Assembly: GCA_963703345.1 (NCBI GenBank)
Contig: OY969814.1
Span: 96,001 to 160,000, forward strand
Length of the DNA: 64,000 nucleotides
Source of the DNA: an uncultured Chloroflexia bacterium
Lineage (GTDB): Bacteria > Chloroflexota > Dehalococcoidia > DSTF01 > JALHUB01
Reading direction: 5' to 3'
Shown here: piece by piece, positions 42,970 to 51,894 of the stretch
Layout of the letters: every line of letters begins with the position of its first letter
Position numbering within the stretch: the first letter of the stretch is position 1
Made by a program: the position numbers and the translations under genes
The notes under the pieces: model-generated
Seen by the model: only the letters and a program-made list of their open reading frames with translations
Databases searched by the model: none
What the model was told of the DNA's origin: nothing

Positions 42970-43718
42970 TCAAGCGTCCAGTACGTCCGCGACGTCTGCC
43001 AACCCCAACTCTTCCAGCTTGGCGCGACCCGGCCGGCAGGTCTGAAGGTCCCAGCCGCAGGCCTCGAGGTAGTCGCGCTGAAGGGTGTCGACGTCGAGCC
43101 TTACACCGGTATGGGGGCCCTCGGCCAGCGCCGCCTCGCCGCTGACCCGCGCCGGTACGTAGCGTTTCGCCGGGTTGTTACCCTCGCGCACTTCGAAAGC
43201 CATGCGAAGGTTGGCAATTCGCTCGCCGGCCAGCTTCAGCTCGTCTACGTTCATGTCCCAGCCGGTCGAGACGTTTATCCACAGAGGAATCTCGTCGTTG
43301 GGAGCGCACATCGTGACGAAGGAGCAGAGACCACAGCTATTGACTACGTGCATGTACTCCGCCGCGGCCTTATGGAACACACCGCGGCCCGCCGCACTGG
43401 GTATGGCGCGGTGCCAAAATCGCCGCCGGAGTTGGCGTCGCCCCAACCGCCGGCCTTCGGCGACTTGGCCATGACCTGGTAGCGGTTGCCGAAGAAGGGC
43501 GTTCCCGTAAGGAGGCCCGGCATGAACGCGAGAACGTTCCTGGGCCCCAGCGGGTCGCAGCCTCTTGGGATGCGATCGAACAGCAGCCGCGCACCAGCTC
43601 CGTAGCTGCCGAGGTAACGACGGTAGAATTCGGCCCGAAACGTCTCGGTCAGCAGCTCCCCGCTATTCAGATCGACGCCAAGGATTTGGCCGTTGAAAGC
43701 ACGTTCGTCGCCGTTCAC
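42970..43718 (-). pseudogene. aldehyde:ferredoxin oxidoreductase with large internal deletion and frameshift
   Basis: N-terminal AOR motifs (ILGVDL, DPLGPRN, KSP..GGWGDANSGGDFG) abut C-terminal motifs (GLCSF, TGWD, GERIANLR, LEELGL) in another frame; about 250 codons versus about 600 for the family. Confidence 0.8.
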
Positions 43719-43925
43719 TTACTGACCTCCCTTTATCGGACGGTCCGTGGGGTCCGCTGGCGGCTGCCGATTCCTGATCCATCGTATCATGGGAAGCGGC
43801 AACGGCGAGAAGTCGGAGAGGCAACTTGGCTGGCGACCGACCGGCGCACGCCTGTGGTATTATGATTGCGAACCCCTACGGGTTGAGCCTAACATCAAGA
43901 CCGACTAGACTCGCAACTATCCATT

Positions 43926-44666
43926 ATGCAAGAGGTACCTGAGTCCCGCTTGGCAGTTCTTGGAAGGATCCTCTCTGAAGCGCGGATCTCCCGGGGCCTG
44001 ACTCTCGATGACGTTGAACGTGAGACTCGTATTGCTCGCCGCTACCTGGAAGCGTTGGAGCATGACGAGTTTGATGCGCTTCCCGCTCCCGTCTACTGTC
44101 GAGCTTTCCTGAGGACCTATGCCCAGTTCCTCGGTATCGATGCCAAGGAAGTCCTGCGTCTCCAGCCTGAGCAAGGGCGTCAGACAGCAGAGCTTGCCCC
44201 TCTGCCTCAAGTGACGAAGGCCCCACCGCCGGCACTTTCCCGCAACTGGGTGATAGCAGGCGGCGTAGTCCTCGTCTTTCTTCTCGCGGGCTTCCTGATC
44301 TACCGAATCGGATCGGGCGGCAACGGAACGGCGTCGCCGACCGCTCAGGGCGTCATCGCGCAGGCGACGCAGGTGCGCAACGAAGGCGCGGAGCCGCTGA
44401 GTCAGACGCCAACGGGCGAGCCGAACGTCGCGCCGGCCGCAACGACGGCCGCGACGGTGGAATCCGTCACTCTGGCTGATTTCCGCGGAGGAGCGGGGCT
44501 GCAGGCTCTGGCGACTATTCTTGGGCAGGGGCTCAAGTTCGTCGTTGTGTCGGTCCACGACGACAGCGTGCCCGCGGGCATCGTAATCAACCAGAGTCCG
44601 TCTCCTAGCAGCAGCGTGCACACCGGTGATTCGATAACGCTCCTCGTCAGCGACGGTCCGCGTTAG
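43926..44666 (+). CDS. RodZ-like HTH membrane protein with C-terminal PASTA-like domain
   Basis: TRIARRYLEALE, FLRTYAQFLG, one TM helix, VPAGIVINQSP...ITLLVSDGP. Confidence 0.82.
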   Translation: MQEVPESRLAVLGRILSEARISRGLTLDDVERETRIARRYLEALEHDEFDALPAPVYCRAFLRTYAQFLGIDAKEVLRLQPEQGRQTAELAPLPQVTKAPPPALSRNWVIAGGVVLVFLLAGFLIYRIGSGGNGTASPTAQGVIAQATQVRNEGAEPLSQTPTGEPNVAPAATTAATVESVTLADFRGGAGLQALATILGQGLKFVVVSVHDDSVPAGIVINQSPSPSSSVHTGDSITLLVSDGPR

Positions 44667-44691
44667 CCGGGCTTCTCCCTTCTCCTCCCCC

Positions 44692-45984
44692 ATGTCTTAT
44701 CACCTGCTCACCCTTGGCTGTCCGAAGAACGTCGCCGATTCAACGAAGCTGGAGCGAATGCTCCGCGAAGCCGGCGCGGCGCGCGAAACGGCGGCGAACG
44801 CAGACTTGCTAGTCGTTAACACCTGCGGCTTCATCGACCAAGCGAAGGAAGAGTCGATCAACGCGGTCTTAGAGCTGGCGACGAAGAAGCGGCGCGGCCA
44901 GGAGCTAGTCGTCATCGGTTGCTTGCCGGAGCTGTACAACAAGGAACTGCTGGCGGAAGTGCCCGAGATCGACCACGTCTTTGGCGTCGAGTCCTGGCAG
45001 AAGGTGGCGGAGCTGGCGGGCGGGTCAGGCAGAAAACCACGGCCTGAGAAACGAGAAGCTCGGCCTAGCGCCTACCTGAAGATCGCCGACGGCTGCAACG
45101 CCCGCTGCGCCTTCTGCGTGATCCCGAGGATTAAGGGGCGCCTGCACAGCGAGCCGATCGAGGCCGTGGTCGAGGAGGCGGAGCGGCTAGCGGAGGAAGG
45201 GGCGAGAGAGCTCGTGCTCGTTGCGCAGGACAGCACGTCGTACGGTCGGGACGTTGGGCTCGAGGACGGTCTCGCGCGCCTCCTCGAGCGTCTGGCTATG
45301 GACCTGCCACAAGTCCCGTGGCTGCGAGTCATGTACTCGTATCCCGGCCACCTCTCGGCGCGGCTTATTCGAACGATGGCCGAGTTGCCGCAGGTGTGTC
45401 ACTACCTCGACATCCCGCTCCAGCACAGCAGTCCCGCTGTCCTCCAGCGGATGCGCCGGCCTCACGATCCCACGCAAACCGTCCGCACGCTGGAGCGACT
45501 CCGCGACGCAATGCCCGACATCGCTTTGCGCACGACTTTTCTCGTCGGTTTTCCCGGCGAGACGGAGCAGGACTTCGCCGGACTTCTGGCGTTCGTCCGA
45601 GAGATGAAGTTCGACCACGTCGGCGCTTTCATGTTCTCGCCACAGGCGGGGACGGCGGCGGCGCGAATGGCGCAGCAGGCAGCAGAGCGGGTGAAGCGGC
45701 GTCGCTACCGCGAGCTGATGCGCGTGGCGCAGGAGACGGCCCTCGACGCCAACAAGCGCTGGATCGGCAGGGAGATGACGGTCCTCGTCGAGTCGAAGGC
45801 CGGACGCGGCGATGCCGGCGAGAAGATGTTCGCCGGGCGCTCCTATCGCGACGCGCCGGAGGTCGACGGGCTTGTCCTCTGCGCGGGCGAGGCCCATCCC
45901 GGCGAGATGAGGCGCGTGCGGATCGTAGAGGCTCTGGCATACGATCTGATCGGAGAGCCTCTCGATTCTCCAAAGCCCGACTAG
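44692..45984 (+). CDS. rimO: ribosomal protein S12 methylthiotransferase
   Basis: LGCPKN, NTCGFI, CxxxCxxC, YLDIPLQH, DAPEVDG. Confidence 0.95.
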   Translation: MSYHLLTLGCPKNVADSTKLERMLREAGAARETAANADLLVVNTCGFIDQAKEESINAVLELATKKRRGQELVVIGCLPELYNKELLAEVPEIDHVFGVESWQKVAELAGGSGRKPRPEKREARPSAYLKIADGCNARCAFCVIPRIKGRLHSEPIEAVVEEAERLAEEGARELVLVAQDSTSYGRDVGLEDGLARLLERLAMDLPQVPWLRVMYSYPGHLSARLIRTMAELPQVCHYLDIPLQHSSPAVLQRMRRPHDPTQTVRTLERLRDAMPDIALRTTFLVGFPGETEQDFAGLLAFVREMKFDHVGAFMFSPQAGTAAARMAQQAAERVKRRRYRELMRVAQETALDANKRWIGREMTVLVESKAGRGDAGEKMFAGRSYRDAPEVDGLVLCAGEAHPGEMRRVRIVEALAYDLIGEPLDSPKPD

Positions 45985-46271
45985 GCCTGCAGCATCTCCA
46001 TCTGCCAATCGAGGACTTCGGCGTCAAGGCGGCTGCTGCGCACAAAGCCGACGACCTTCGTCAGCATCTCCTGCGCGTGGCTGTTGCTGTTGGAAACGCA
46101 GCTAATGCCCAGCGAGGCGATCTGCCAGCTATCCTGACTGTCGATCTCGGCGATGGAGACGTTGTAGCGGTTGCGAATGCGGGCCGTCAGCGACTTGACG
46201 ACCTGTCGCTTTCCCTTGAGAGAGGCATTCTCCGGCAGACGCAACGTCAGGCGGCACACGCCGACCATCAT
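45981..46271 (-). CDS. DUF503 (YlxP-like) protein
   Basis: SLKGKRQVVKSL, NVSIAEID. Confidence 0.88.
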   Translation of the reverse strand: MMVGVCRLTLRLPENASLKGKRQVVKSLTARIRNRYNVSIAEIDSQDSWQIASLGISCVSNSNSHAQEMLTKVVGFVRSSRLDAEVLDWQMEMLQA

Positions 46272-46822
46272 CGTAGGCGCACCTCGTCCGGCTCCTCTTC
46301 CTCGGCGGGCAGCGGCGGCAGGTCCGACGGCTTTTCCAGCCCGAAGTGCTCCAGGAACCGGACCGTGGTGGCCAATAAAGCGGGCCGTCCCGGCGTGCGG
46401 GCGCGCCCCGTCTCTTCGATGAGGTCACGCGCAAGAAGCGTCGCCACCGCGCCATCGGAGTTGACGCCGCGAATCGCTTCGATGCCCGCGCGGGTTACCG
46501 GCTGGCGATAAGCGACGATGGCGAGCGTTTCCAAGCCGGCAGTCGAGAGGCGCTGATGGTGGTCCATGTTCAGGAAGTTCTCAACGTAGCGGGCGACTTC
46601 GGGCGCGGTGGCCATCTGCACCAGGCTACCGCTCCTCTGGATTCGAACGCCTCGCTGGCGGCAATCCTCGGCGAGGGATTCGATGGCAGCCACGACCTCT
46701 TCCTCCCTGAGATGGAGGCTACGGGCCAGATCTGCCACGTCAACAGGCTCCTGCGCGACGAAAAGCAGACTTTCGATAGCCGACTTCACCTTGTCGGCGA
46801 GCGGACGTCGGACCCTCGTCAT
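46268..46822 (-). CDS. scpB: SMC-Scp complex subunit ScpB
   Basis: IESLLF, LETLAIVAYRQPVTR, IRGVNS, FLEHFGL. Confidence 0.95.
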   Translation of the reverse strand: MTRVRRPLADKVKSAIESLLFVAQEPVDVADLARSLHLREEEVVAAIESLAEDCRQRGVRIQRSGSLVQMATAPEVARYVENFLNMDHHQRLSTAGLETLAIVAYRQPVTRAGIEAIRGVNSDGAVATLLARDLIEETGRARTPGRPALLATTVRFLEHFGLEKPSDLPPLPAEEEEPDEVRLR

Positions 46823-47559
46823 GGCCTGTCGTCCGCTGAGCGCGTTTCGCCGGAATCAGGCGGCCTGGTTTCGGCTGACGGCGTCTCGCTTCCCGTCTCC
46901 GCGGAAGAAAGCGCCTCTTCCTGCCCGGGGACAATGCGCGCTTTCCGCGGGTGCGCCCTGGGACGCTCTTGGGAGACGGCGGAAGCGGCGGCAGGCGGTC
47001 TCCATGGCGTCGGCACCGTCCGGCGAGGCGAATAATAGAGCCTGAGGCGCGGCGGACTGGCGAGGGCCACGCTCATCTGCTCCGTGACACCTTCCTGCGT
47101 CGTTCGCGAGACCTCGCTGGCGACGAGCGAGAGGTCGCATTCGGGATCAACCATGACCTCTAGCCTGACCTCGACGGCGTCTTTCCTGCGGTTGACCCTG
47201 GCCCGCACCGCTTCGACCTCCGGCAGGCCGGCGACAAGTTGCTCGAGCCGTCGCGCAACGGCGGCGGTCGAGAGGACGGCGGTGCCCATACCGACGTCGC
47301 GGACGAGGACGGTCTTGTCTGTGCGGGGGACGATTTCGAGCAGGAGGAAGGAGAACGCAACCAGGATGACGAAAGAGCTGCCGAGCGTAATGATGACCTT
47401 CGGCAGCGTCGTGTCGTGATCGCTGAGGTACTGGACGAAAGAGCCAAGCTTGTGGATGCTCTCGCCGCTATAGGCCCACGCCAGCACGATGAGCATGATA
47501 GCGAACAGAATCAGCACGACGACCCCGAGGACAACGATGAGTCGGTTGATCAAGTTCAT
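46819..47559 (-). CDS. AmaP/Asp23-like membrane anchor protein
   Basis: MNLINRL N-terminus, two TM helices, Asp23-like soluble domain, low-complexity tail. Confidence 0.6.
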   Translation of the reverse strand: MNLINRLIVVLGVVVLILFAIMLIVLAWAYSGESIHKLGSFVQYLSDHDTTLPKVIITLGSSFVILVAFSFLLLEIVPRTDKTVLVRDVGMGTAVLSTAAVARRLEQLVAGLPEVEAVRARVNRRKDAVEVRLEVMVDPECDLSLVASEVSRTTQEGVTEQMSVALASPPRLRLYYSPRRTVPTPWRPPAAASAVSQERPRAHPRKARIVPGQEEALSSAETGSETPSAETRPPDSGETRSADDRP

Positions 47560-47568
47560 CTGGTCCTC

Positions 47569-48903
47569 CTAGCTTGTGTTGATTCGAAGCAGCTCGGCAA
47601 GCAGGCCGCCGTCGCAGCGCTCACTCAGCGTCACGGTCGCGACGCGATTCTCGAGCGGTGCGTCCGCGGGCGTCAGGACGCGGATGTAGTTGTCCGTCAG
47701 GCCTTCCCATAGCGACTGGCACCCGGCCGGACCGCGCAGTTTCTTCTCGAAGAGCACTTCGGCGGTGCGGTTCTGGAAGCGGGAGAGGAAGCTGGCTCGT
47801 AGCTCCTCGCCGACGGCCAGCATGGTTTGCACGCGTTCTCGCTTTGCCTGCGCGCTCACCTGGTCAGGCATCTTCGCCGCGAGTGTGCCGGGCCGCGACG
47901 AAAACGGGAAGACGTGAAGAGCCGCGAACTCGGCCTCGCGACAGAACCGGCGCGTGGCGTCAAAGTCGGTCCCGGTCTCGCCCGGAAAGCCGACGAGCAC
48001 ATCAGTCGTGACGGCCGCGTCGGGAAGCTTTCGCCTTATAGCCGCCAGCGCTTGCGCGAACTGTCGCGTCGCATAGCGACGGCGCATGCGGTCCAGCACG
48101 TCGTCGCTGCCGCTTTGTAGGGGGATGTGGAAGTGGCGGCAGAGGCGTGGGTCGTCCCAGAGGTCGAGCAGGGCAAAGGTAATGTCCTGCGGCTGCAGCG
48201 ACGACAGGCGGATGCGCGGGACCGTGGTGCGCTCCAGCACGAGTCTGGCCAGCTTGACGAGGTCGACCTCTTCGCCGGTGTCGCGCCCGTAGGCGCCGAG
48301 CTGCGTCCCGGTGAGGACCACTTCTTTGACGCCATCGGCCTCCGCGGCTTGAACCGCTCGGATGACATCTTCGGCGGCCACGCTTCGCTCGCGGCCACGA
48401 GTCTGCGGAACGATGCAGAAGGCGCAGACGTCGTTGCAGCCCTCCTGAATCTTGATGAAGGATCGCGTCCGAAGGCGGCCGTTCCCGTCGAAGCAAGGGG
48501 CCGGCAGAGGTATGTTCTCGAGAAGAACGGCGGCCGCCCGTTCCTTCTCCCGGTTGGGTAGGACGGCGTCGGCCCCCAGCGCGGATGCGGCGGCGGGCGT
48601 GGCTACGTCCGCATAGCAGCCCGTAACGATGATCCGTGCCTGCGGCGAAAGACGTCGCGCGAGGCGGATGAGGTGCCGCGCTTTGCGCTCCGCGACGTGG
48701 GTGACGGCGCAGGTGTTTATCAGGAAGGCATCAGCCGGCCCCGCGCGGTCAATAACGCGGCAGCCCGCCTTCACGAGCTCGCCCGCCATTGCCTCCGCCT
48801 CGGCCTGGTTGAGCTTGCAGCCGATCGTCAGCACGGCGACTGTGAGCGGCGATGAAGGCGAACGTTCTTTGATTCGCTTTCGAGCGACGGTTTCCGCGAT
48901 CAC
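47569..48903 (-). CDS. mtaB: tRNA t6A37 methylthiotransferase
   Basis: GCKLNQAE, NTCAVT, KIQEGC..CAFC, HFHIPLQSG, HVFPFS.RPGT, TDNY. Confidence 0.93.
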   Translation of the reverse strand: MIAETVARKRIKERSPSSPLTVAVLTIGCKLNQAEAEAMAGELVKAGCRVIDRAGPADAFLINTCAVTHVAERKARHLIRLARRLSPQARIIVTGCYADVATPAAASALGADAVLPNREKERAAAVLLENIPLPAPCFDGNGRLRTRSFIKIQEGCNDVCAFCIVPQTRGRERSVAAEDVIRAVQAAEADGVKEVVLTGTQLGAYGRDTGEEVDLVKLARLVLERTTVPRIRLSSLQPQDITFALLDLWDDPRLCRHFHIPLQSGSDDVLDRMRRRYATRQFAQALAAIRRKLPDAAVTTDVLVGFPGETGTDFDATRRFCREAEFAALHVFPFSSRPGTLAAKMPDQVSAQAKRERVQTMLAVGEELRASFLSRFQNRTAEVLFEKKLRGPAGCQSLWEGLTDNYIRVLTPADAPLENRVATVTLSERCDGGLLAELLRINTS

Positions 48904-48909
48904 GCCTTC

Positions 48910-48937
48910 ATGATAACCGATGGCAGGGGTGTGTCAA
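48910..48937 (-). promoter_or_regulatory. promoter of mtaB operon, probably leaderless transcript
   Basis: TTGACA-N16-TATCAT, 6 nt before the GTG start, no SD. Confidence 0.7.
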
Positions 48938-48998
48938 CGCGAAGGGCAATCGCCCCGTCGTCGATTCCTCGTCAGGCTCGGGAATCGGGAATCGTCCC

Positions 48999-49109
48999 CT
49001 AGCAGCCGCAGCGCGTGAAACCGCAAATAGGGCAGCGGATGCAGCCTTCACCGTGGACAAGAGGGCCGCCGCAATCGGGACAACGGGAGTGACGGTGCTT
49101 CTTCTTCAT
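48999..49109 (-). CDS. small Cys-rich zinc-ribbon protein, 36-37 aa
   Basis: (M)MKKKHRHSRCPDCGGPLVHGEGCIRCPICGFTRCGC; AAGGAG 7 nt before ATG 49109; dedicated promoter. Confidence 0.8.
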   Translation of the reverse strand: MKKKHRHSRCPDCGGPLVHGEGCIRCPICGFTRCGC

Positions 49110-49125
49110 CATCCAACTCCTTAGC

Positions 49126-49139
49126 AGAACATATGTACT
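49126..49139. promoter_or_regulatory. putative LexA (SOS) box 1
   Basis: AGAAC-ATAT-GTACT, one mismatch to AGAAC-N4-GTTCT, at the predicted transcription start. Confidence 0.75.
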
Positions 49140-49146
49140 CTCAGCC

Positions 49147-49175
49147 AGCATAGAGAATATATGTTCTGTTGTCAA
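49147..49175 (-). promoter_or_regulatory. sigma70 promoter of the zinc-ribbon gene with LexA box 2 (49154-49167) in its spacer
   Basis: TTGACA-acAGAACATATATTCTc-TATGCT, 17-nt spacer. Confidence 0.8.
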
Positions 49176-49182
49176 GCCCTTC

Positions 49183-49211
49183 TTGTTGTGGAGCGGGAAG
49201 GGGAATATCAT
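49183..49211 (+). promoter_or_regulatory. putative promoter of glycerate kinase
   Basis: TTGTTG-N17-TATCAT. Confidence 0.5.
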
Positions 49212-49231
49212 CAGCGGCGCGAGGAGTCGAG

Positions 49232-50374
49232 ATGCGAATACTGGCATGCCCGCAAGAGTTCAAGGAGAGCCTCACCGCCGGCCAGGCCGCGGGGGCAATC
49301 GCCGTCGGCGTTCGAAGGGCCGGCCCCGAGATCGAAGTCGACCTGGCGCCGATGGCCGACGGGGGGCCAGGCACGATAGACGCTGTGCTCTCGTCGCTGG
49401 AAGGTCAGCGCCGGAAAGCCACGGTGCACGACCCCCTGGGGCGCTTGCGCGAGGCGCGCTGGGCGATGCTCGACGACAGCAAAACCGGGCTCATCGAGAT
49501 GGCGGAGGCTTCCGGGCTGGCGCTCTTGCGGCCTGAGGAGCGAGACCCGCGCCGCACAAGCACCTACGGGACGGGCGAGCTCATTCGTGCTGCCCTGGGC
49601 GAAGGCTGCCGGCGACTGGTCGTCGCTATCGGCGGAAGCGCCACGAACGACGGCGGCGCGGGAATGGCGCAGGCGTTGGGCGCGCGACTGCTCGACACGC
49701 AAGGCAAGGATCTGGAGCCCGGAGGCGCCGCTCTAGCAGGGCTACAACGGATAGACGTTTCGGAGCTCGATGCGCGGTTGCGCTCCTGCGAGGTCGTCGT
49801 TGCCGCCGACGCCGTCAACCCGCTGCTCGGTCCCGCGGGTGCCAGTCTTGTCTATGGGCCGCAAAAAGGAGCGACACCAGAGGTCGTGGCGGCGCTGGAG
49901 GCCGCCCTCCAGCGCTTCGCCGAGATCGTGCGGCGCGACCTCGGCCTGGATATCGCTTCCGTCAGCGGAGCGGGCGCTGCCGGCGGATTGGGCGGCGGAC
50001 TTGTCGCCCTTCTGAAGGCCCGCATCACTTCTGGCGCGGAGCTGGTGGCGGAGGCGATTGATCTCGCAGGTCAAATCGAACAGGCCGACGTCGTCTTCAC
50101 CGGCGAAGGGCGACTGGACGCGCAGACGGCGTACGGGAAGTCGGTCGCGATTGTGGCGCGGCTGGCGAGGAAGCGCGGCCGTCCGGTCATGGCCTTCGCA
50201 GGCACCGTGGCCAGCGATTTCGATCTTGCGTCTATCGGTCTCGACGCCGCTATCCCTATCGCGAGGGGGCCGGCGGCGCGAGAGGAGATGTTCGCGCAGG
50301 CGGGCGAACTGCTTTCGAACGCGGCTGAGCAGGCGACGCGGCTACTGCTTGTAGGGCGGTCCTTCGCCGGCTGA
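49232..50374 (+). CDS. glxK: glycerate kinase (GlxK/GarK family)
   Basis: FKESL, MADGG, IEMAEASG, GGSATNDGG, YGPQKGA, GAGAAGG, TGEGRLD. Confidence 0.93.
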   Translation: MRILACPQEFKESLTAGQAAGAIAVGVRRAGPEIEVDLAPMADGGPGTIDAVLSSLEGQRRKATVHDPLGRLREARWAMLDDSKTGLIEMAEASGLALLRPEERDPRRTSTYGTGELIRAALGEGCRRLVVAIGGSATNDGGAGMAQALGARLLDTQGKDLEPGGAALAGLQRIDVSELDARLRSCEVVVAADAVNPLLGPAGASLVYGPQKGATPEVVAALEAALQRFAEIVRRDLGLDIASVSGAGAAGGLGGGLVALLKARITSGAELVAEAIDLAGQIEQADVVFTGEGRLDAQTAYGKSVAIVARLARKRGRPVMAFAGTVASDFDLASIGLDAAIPIARGPAAREEMFAQAGELLSNAAEQATRLLLVGRSFAG

Positions 50375-50824
50375 GGTCGTTTCCTCCGGCGGAGCGACCT
50401 CTTCTTCGCCACCTTCTTCCAGCTCCTCGGGAACGCCGCGCGGGAAGTTGAGCAGCACCAGTATCAGCAACGCGATGGCCACGGCTATGGGCAGGACGAG
50501 TCCGCTCCAGGCGACGTCGCTTCTGGCGCCGTGGAAGACGCCGGTACAGATGGCGATTAGTTGCTCGGCGACGGCCAGCCACAGGATGAAACGGTAGCGG
50601 GTCGGATGCAGCGCGGCAATCAAGTAAAGGCTGCCCGTCACGAAGAGGGCGCCGCTGAAGGCTCTGCCGGCTAAGATGCCGTCCGGCTGGACGTCCTTCA
50701 GGTTAACGAGGAAGCTGCGGAGGGCCAGTTGGACGACGCCGCCGAAGAAGTCCCAGGCGGCCATAAGGAGGAGTATCAGGCGAAGCGACCCGGTAGGAAC
50801 GAGTCTCTCCCGGTATTCTGTCAA
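50342..50824 (-). CDS. hypothetical four-TM membrane protein
   Basis: Four hydrophobic segments, acidic tail, purine-rich RBS. Confidence 0.7.
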   Translation of the reverse strand: MTEYRERLVPTGSLRLILLLMAAWDFFGGVVQLALRSFLVNLKDVQPDGILAGRAFSGALFVTGSLYLIAALHPTRYRFILWLAVAEQLIAICTGVFHGARSDVAWSGLVLPIAVAIALLILVLLNFPRGVPEELEEGGEEEVAPPEETTSAGEGPPYKQ

Positions 50825-50930
50825 GATCCTTCTTCCTCTCCCAAAGGGGGACTCACCAACTCAAGCGCATTCTAGCACAGCGATTTGCGGTTGTCGCCAG
50901 CCCGACTTCGCGACGCGATTGCGTAGCCGG

Positions 50931-51299
50931 TCACTCCAAACCGAGTTCAGCCAGCGCCTTCTCTGACAGCCCGAAGAAGTGCGCGATCTCATGCAGGACG
51001 GTGATTCGCACCTCGCGAACCAATTCGGCCTCGTCCGGAAAGTCTCTCTCCAGCGGCTCGCGGAAGAGCGTTATCTTGTCCGGCACTTCGAATCCGTAAC
51101 CGCCTGCCCTCTCGCTCAGAGGCACGCCTTCGTACAGGCCGTACAGGCGGTCGCCCCGTCTTGCGTGCGCCCGCCGGTAATCACCTGGCCCGGGCCGTCG
51201 CTTCACGACGATGTCGACGTTGGCAAGCTTCTCTTCGAAGGGCGGCGGAATCTCCGCCAGCGCGGCCAATACGAGACGGTCAAAGCGACGTGATCTCAT
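50931..51299 (-). CDS. minimal zincin metallopeptidase family protein
   Basis: LYGLYEGVPL, PDKITLFR, TVLHEIAHFFG. Confidence 0.9.
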   Translation of the reverse strand: MRSRRFDRLVLAALAEIPPPFEEKLANVDIVVKRRPGPGDYRRAHARRGDRLYGLYEGVPLSERAGGYGFEVPDKITLFREPLERDFPDEAELVREVRITVLHEIAHFFGLSEKALAELGLE

Positions 51300-51323
51300 T
51301 CGAAGATGCGGGAAGAGAAGGTC

Positions 51324-51788
51324 TTAGGGTTGCTGTTTGCGAGGCTGATCGGGACTGAAGCATTCCCAGAGCGCCTGATAGCCCTTGCCAAGAATGGCGT
51401 TTCTGATCTCCTCCTGTTCCAGCACCAGCAACTCACGGAATATGTCTTCGCACAACTGGGCGGCGCCGGGACTGCCGGAATCGATGATCCGGCGCGCTAT
51501 GGCGGGCCAAATGCCGGAACACGCCAGGCTATCGATGTGCTTGGGCCACCAGACGGAGCAGATCTTGTCTGGAATGCGGAAGCGAGGGCGAAGCTGTTTC
51601 AGGCTACGGAAGCGTTCCTCGGCAGTCTTGACGGGAGGGACGAGCTTGAGCAGCGGGCCGTCGATGGGAGTGAAGCGCGTGTCGATGAGGAGTCGCTGGC
51701 TGATGACCACGAACCGGAGCGTCAGCACTTCCGCCGTCTCGACGGTCTGCACGATCTCGGCAACATTCAGCTCGTAGTCGTTGTCCAT
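51324..51788 (-). CDS. hypothetical protein
   Basis: 154-aa ORF with globular composition, GAGG RBS and own promoter. Confidence 0.75.
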   Translation of the reverse strand: MDNDYELNVAEIVQTVETAEVLTLRFVVISQRLLIDTRFTPIDGPLLKLVPPVKTAEERFRSLKQLRPRFRIPDKICSVWWPKHIDSLACSGIWPAIARRIIDSGSPGAAQLCEDIFRELLVLEQEEIRNAILGKGYQALWECFSPDQPRKQQP

Positions 51789-51830
51789 TGACCTCGTCTC
51801 GCTGACGTACCCCGCCTAAGAGCCTTGTTG

Positions 51831-51859
51831 ATTGTAGCACCGCCGGAATCCTCGCTCAA
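51831..51859 (-). promoter_or_regulatory. putative sigma70 promoter
   Basis: TTGAGC-N17-TACAAT with TG extended -10. Confidence 0.65.
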
Positions 51860-51894
51860 GGGCAAAGGCGGTGCAATTCGTCGGCCGGCGGCCG

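Noticed and set aside
41248-43718. Possible genomic island at the tRNA genes
   Set aside because: No integrase, transposase or duplicated tRNA 3' end seen
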